DNA of 16,549 nucleotides from Deferrisomatales bacterium (lineage in GTDB: Bacteria; Desulfobacterota; Deferrisomatia; Deferrisomatales; JACRMM01), in contig JAWSUI010000073.1 in NCBI GenBank assembly GCA_033551855.1, forward strand, positions 1 through 16,549, read 5' to 3'. The notes beneath the pieces are model-generated. The model searched no databases, was not told where the DNA came from, and saw only the letters and a program-made list of their open reading frames with translations. The position numbers and the translations under genes were made by a program. The number at the start of each line of letters is the position of its first letter. The stretch's first letter is position 1. Shown piece after piece: positions 15,248 to 16,549 of the stretch.

Positions 15248-15332
15248 CGGCGACATGGGGAGGAAGATGCATGGTGGGGACCATATGTGAGGGAAACCCT
15301 TATGTGAAGAGCCTGCACTGTGGAAAGCGCAC

Positions 15333-15364
15333 GCGGCACCCCTTTCCTGCGGCACCCCTTTCCT
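15333..15364. repeat. Exact 16-bp tandem duplication GCGGCACCCCTTTCCT x2
   Basis: 15333-15348 and 15349-15364 are identical. Confidence 0.95.
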
Positions 15365-15636
15365 TGACAGGCAGAACGTTGGAGTATAAAGGTTGTACTA
15401 TCATGGGATGACTTCCAGGTTTGCCGTCGGGACTCCCGATCATCCCCGAGTCGACGGGGCCATTGACATATCTGTGTTCTTGGGACCGATGGGCCTGGCA
15501 AGAGGACACAGATGGTTTGAACTCCCCACCTCTGAGGAGAGATGGTGCCCGCTCGAATGTCTCATGAATCCGATGCCCACGCCGGCTGTCTCTGCCTTTC
15601 GTTCTTCATCCAATGACGGAGTCGATCGACCGGATG

Positions 15637-16299
15637 ATGAAGCGTAGCGTAACCCTCGCCTGCGCGGTTTTTCGTGACGAGCTGGACGCCTTGGCTCCTC
15701 CGGGTTCTCGCGTGGCCTACATCCGGCAGAGTCTGCATAGGACTCCGCAGATCATGGCTCGGGAGATTCAGGCGGAACTCGACAGGATTCCACCAGGAAG
15801 TGTGGATCAGGTGATCTTGGCCTATGGCCTGTGTAGCAACGGCATCGTCGGCGTTCGTGCGACTCGAGGAAGGCTCCTGATTCCCCGCGTGCACGACTGC
15901 ATCACTCTGTTTCTTGGATCTTCCCAAAAGCACAAAGAAGAACAGGAAAAGGCACCTGGCACGTACTATCTCACCGCAGGGTGGGTACGGGAAAAGAAGG
16001 ATCCCTTGAGCATTATCGACGAATACGCCGAGCGGCTGAGCCCTGAGGATGCCGAGTGGTGCATGCGAGAGGAGCTTCGGAACTACACGCGGATTGCGCT
16101 GGTGGATACAGGCTTGGTCTCTCTGGAACCATCACGCCCCAGAGCGAAGGCCAATGCGGAATTCCTGGGTTTAGAGTACGAGGAGCTCCAGGGGTCGAGC
16201 CGATTTCTGCGGTCGCTCTTCACCGGTGAATTCGAAGAGGAGTTCGTCGTTGTGGAAGAGGGGGAGGTGGTCACCGCGGATCTATTCATGGCGTCCTGA
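15637..16299 (+). CDS. DUF1638 domain-containing protein, ~220 aa (alternative starts 15613 and 15634)
   Basis: Motifs LACAVF..E, SLHRTP, ILAYGLCSNG..G, IPRVHDCITLFLGS, GTYYLTAGW and YTRIALVDTG match DUF1638 as I recall it. GC is lower than in the rest of the window. Confidence 0.82.
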   Translation: MKRSVTLACAVFRDELDALAPPGSRVAYIRQSLHRTPQIMAREIQAELDRIPPGSVDQVILAYGLCSNGIVGVRATRGRLLIPRVHDCITLFLGSSQKHKEEQEKAPGTYYLTAGWVREKKDPLSIIDEYAERLSPEDAEWCMREELRNYTRIALVDTGLVSLEPSRPRAKANAEFLGLEYEELQGSSRFLRSLFTGEFEEEFVVVEEGEVVTADLFMAS

Positions 16300-16549
16300 C
16301 GGATGGGCCTGCTAGTCCACGTGGTTGACGGATGATCCTTCATCCATGAAGAGGGAGGTCATGCAGAGAGGGAGACTGCACACGGTGGGTAGCGGTGAAA
16401 TGCTGGATGGGTCCATCCGAAAGGACTGGGCCTTCATGGTTATCGGGAGGGAGTGACTTGTATCAGACGATCCTGGTCCCCCTAGACGGCTCTGACCCAC
16501 TTTCCGCAGGCCTGCGGGGGCGCCGGACCGAATTTCGCGAACGTTTTCC

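Noticed and set aside
15284..15330. Cobalamin riboswitch or CRP/FNR site (GGGAA, ACTGT, TATGTGA x2)
   Set aside because: Only scattered short words are present, with no B12 box or correct order. The second CRP half-site is poor (TGCAC).
15210..15364. CRISPR array
   Set aside because: The repeats are 14-16 bp, directly tandem, lack unique spacers and have no cas genes nearby.
44..15411. Many long overlapping ORFs (e.g. 835..2547, 2451..3965, 7532..9673, 13489..15411)
   Set aside because: They have no recognisable motifs, overlap well-supported genes and are explained by stop-codon scarcity at high GC.
16346..16456. Small ORF (MKREV)MQRGRLHTVGSGEMLDGSIRKDWAFMVIGRE
   Set aside because: It is 31-36 codons long, the GGAGG lies too close to the second ATG, and it has no recognisable motif, so it cannot be told apart from chance or a gene remnant.

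Overview
This is high-GC (~70%) bacterial DNA whose gene set suggests Desulfobacterota or deltaproteobacteria (inference). Bases 1-53 are the 3' end of a group II intron (3' strand of domain V, domain VI, terminal AC). A + strand cluster follows: a GntR/FCD regulator, a TRAP transporter (DctP of the pyroglutamate-binding DctP6/7 type, DctQ, DctM), 5-oxoprolinase pxpA-pxpB-pxpC and a creatininase-family amidohydrolase. On the - strand lie a translationally coupled HEAT-repeat protein and HD-GYP protein that share a paralogous N-terminal domain, an RraA/HMG-aldolase gene and a hypothetical HEPN-like gene. Next come uvrC (+) and trpS (-), with overlapping 3' ends. trpS is preceded by a sigma70-type promoter, a leaderless 22-codon Trp-containing leader peptide and mutually exclusive hairpins, consistent with a ribosome-mediated attenuator. 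The last ~1.2 kb is lower in GC, carries a DUF1638-type gene and is bracketed by related short motifs, one exactly duplicated, suggesting a recently inserted cassette. All family assignments come from motif recognition, not database searches.
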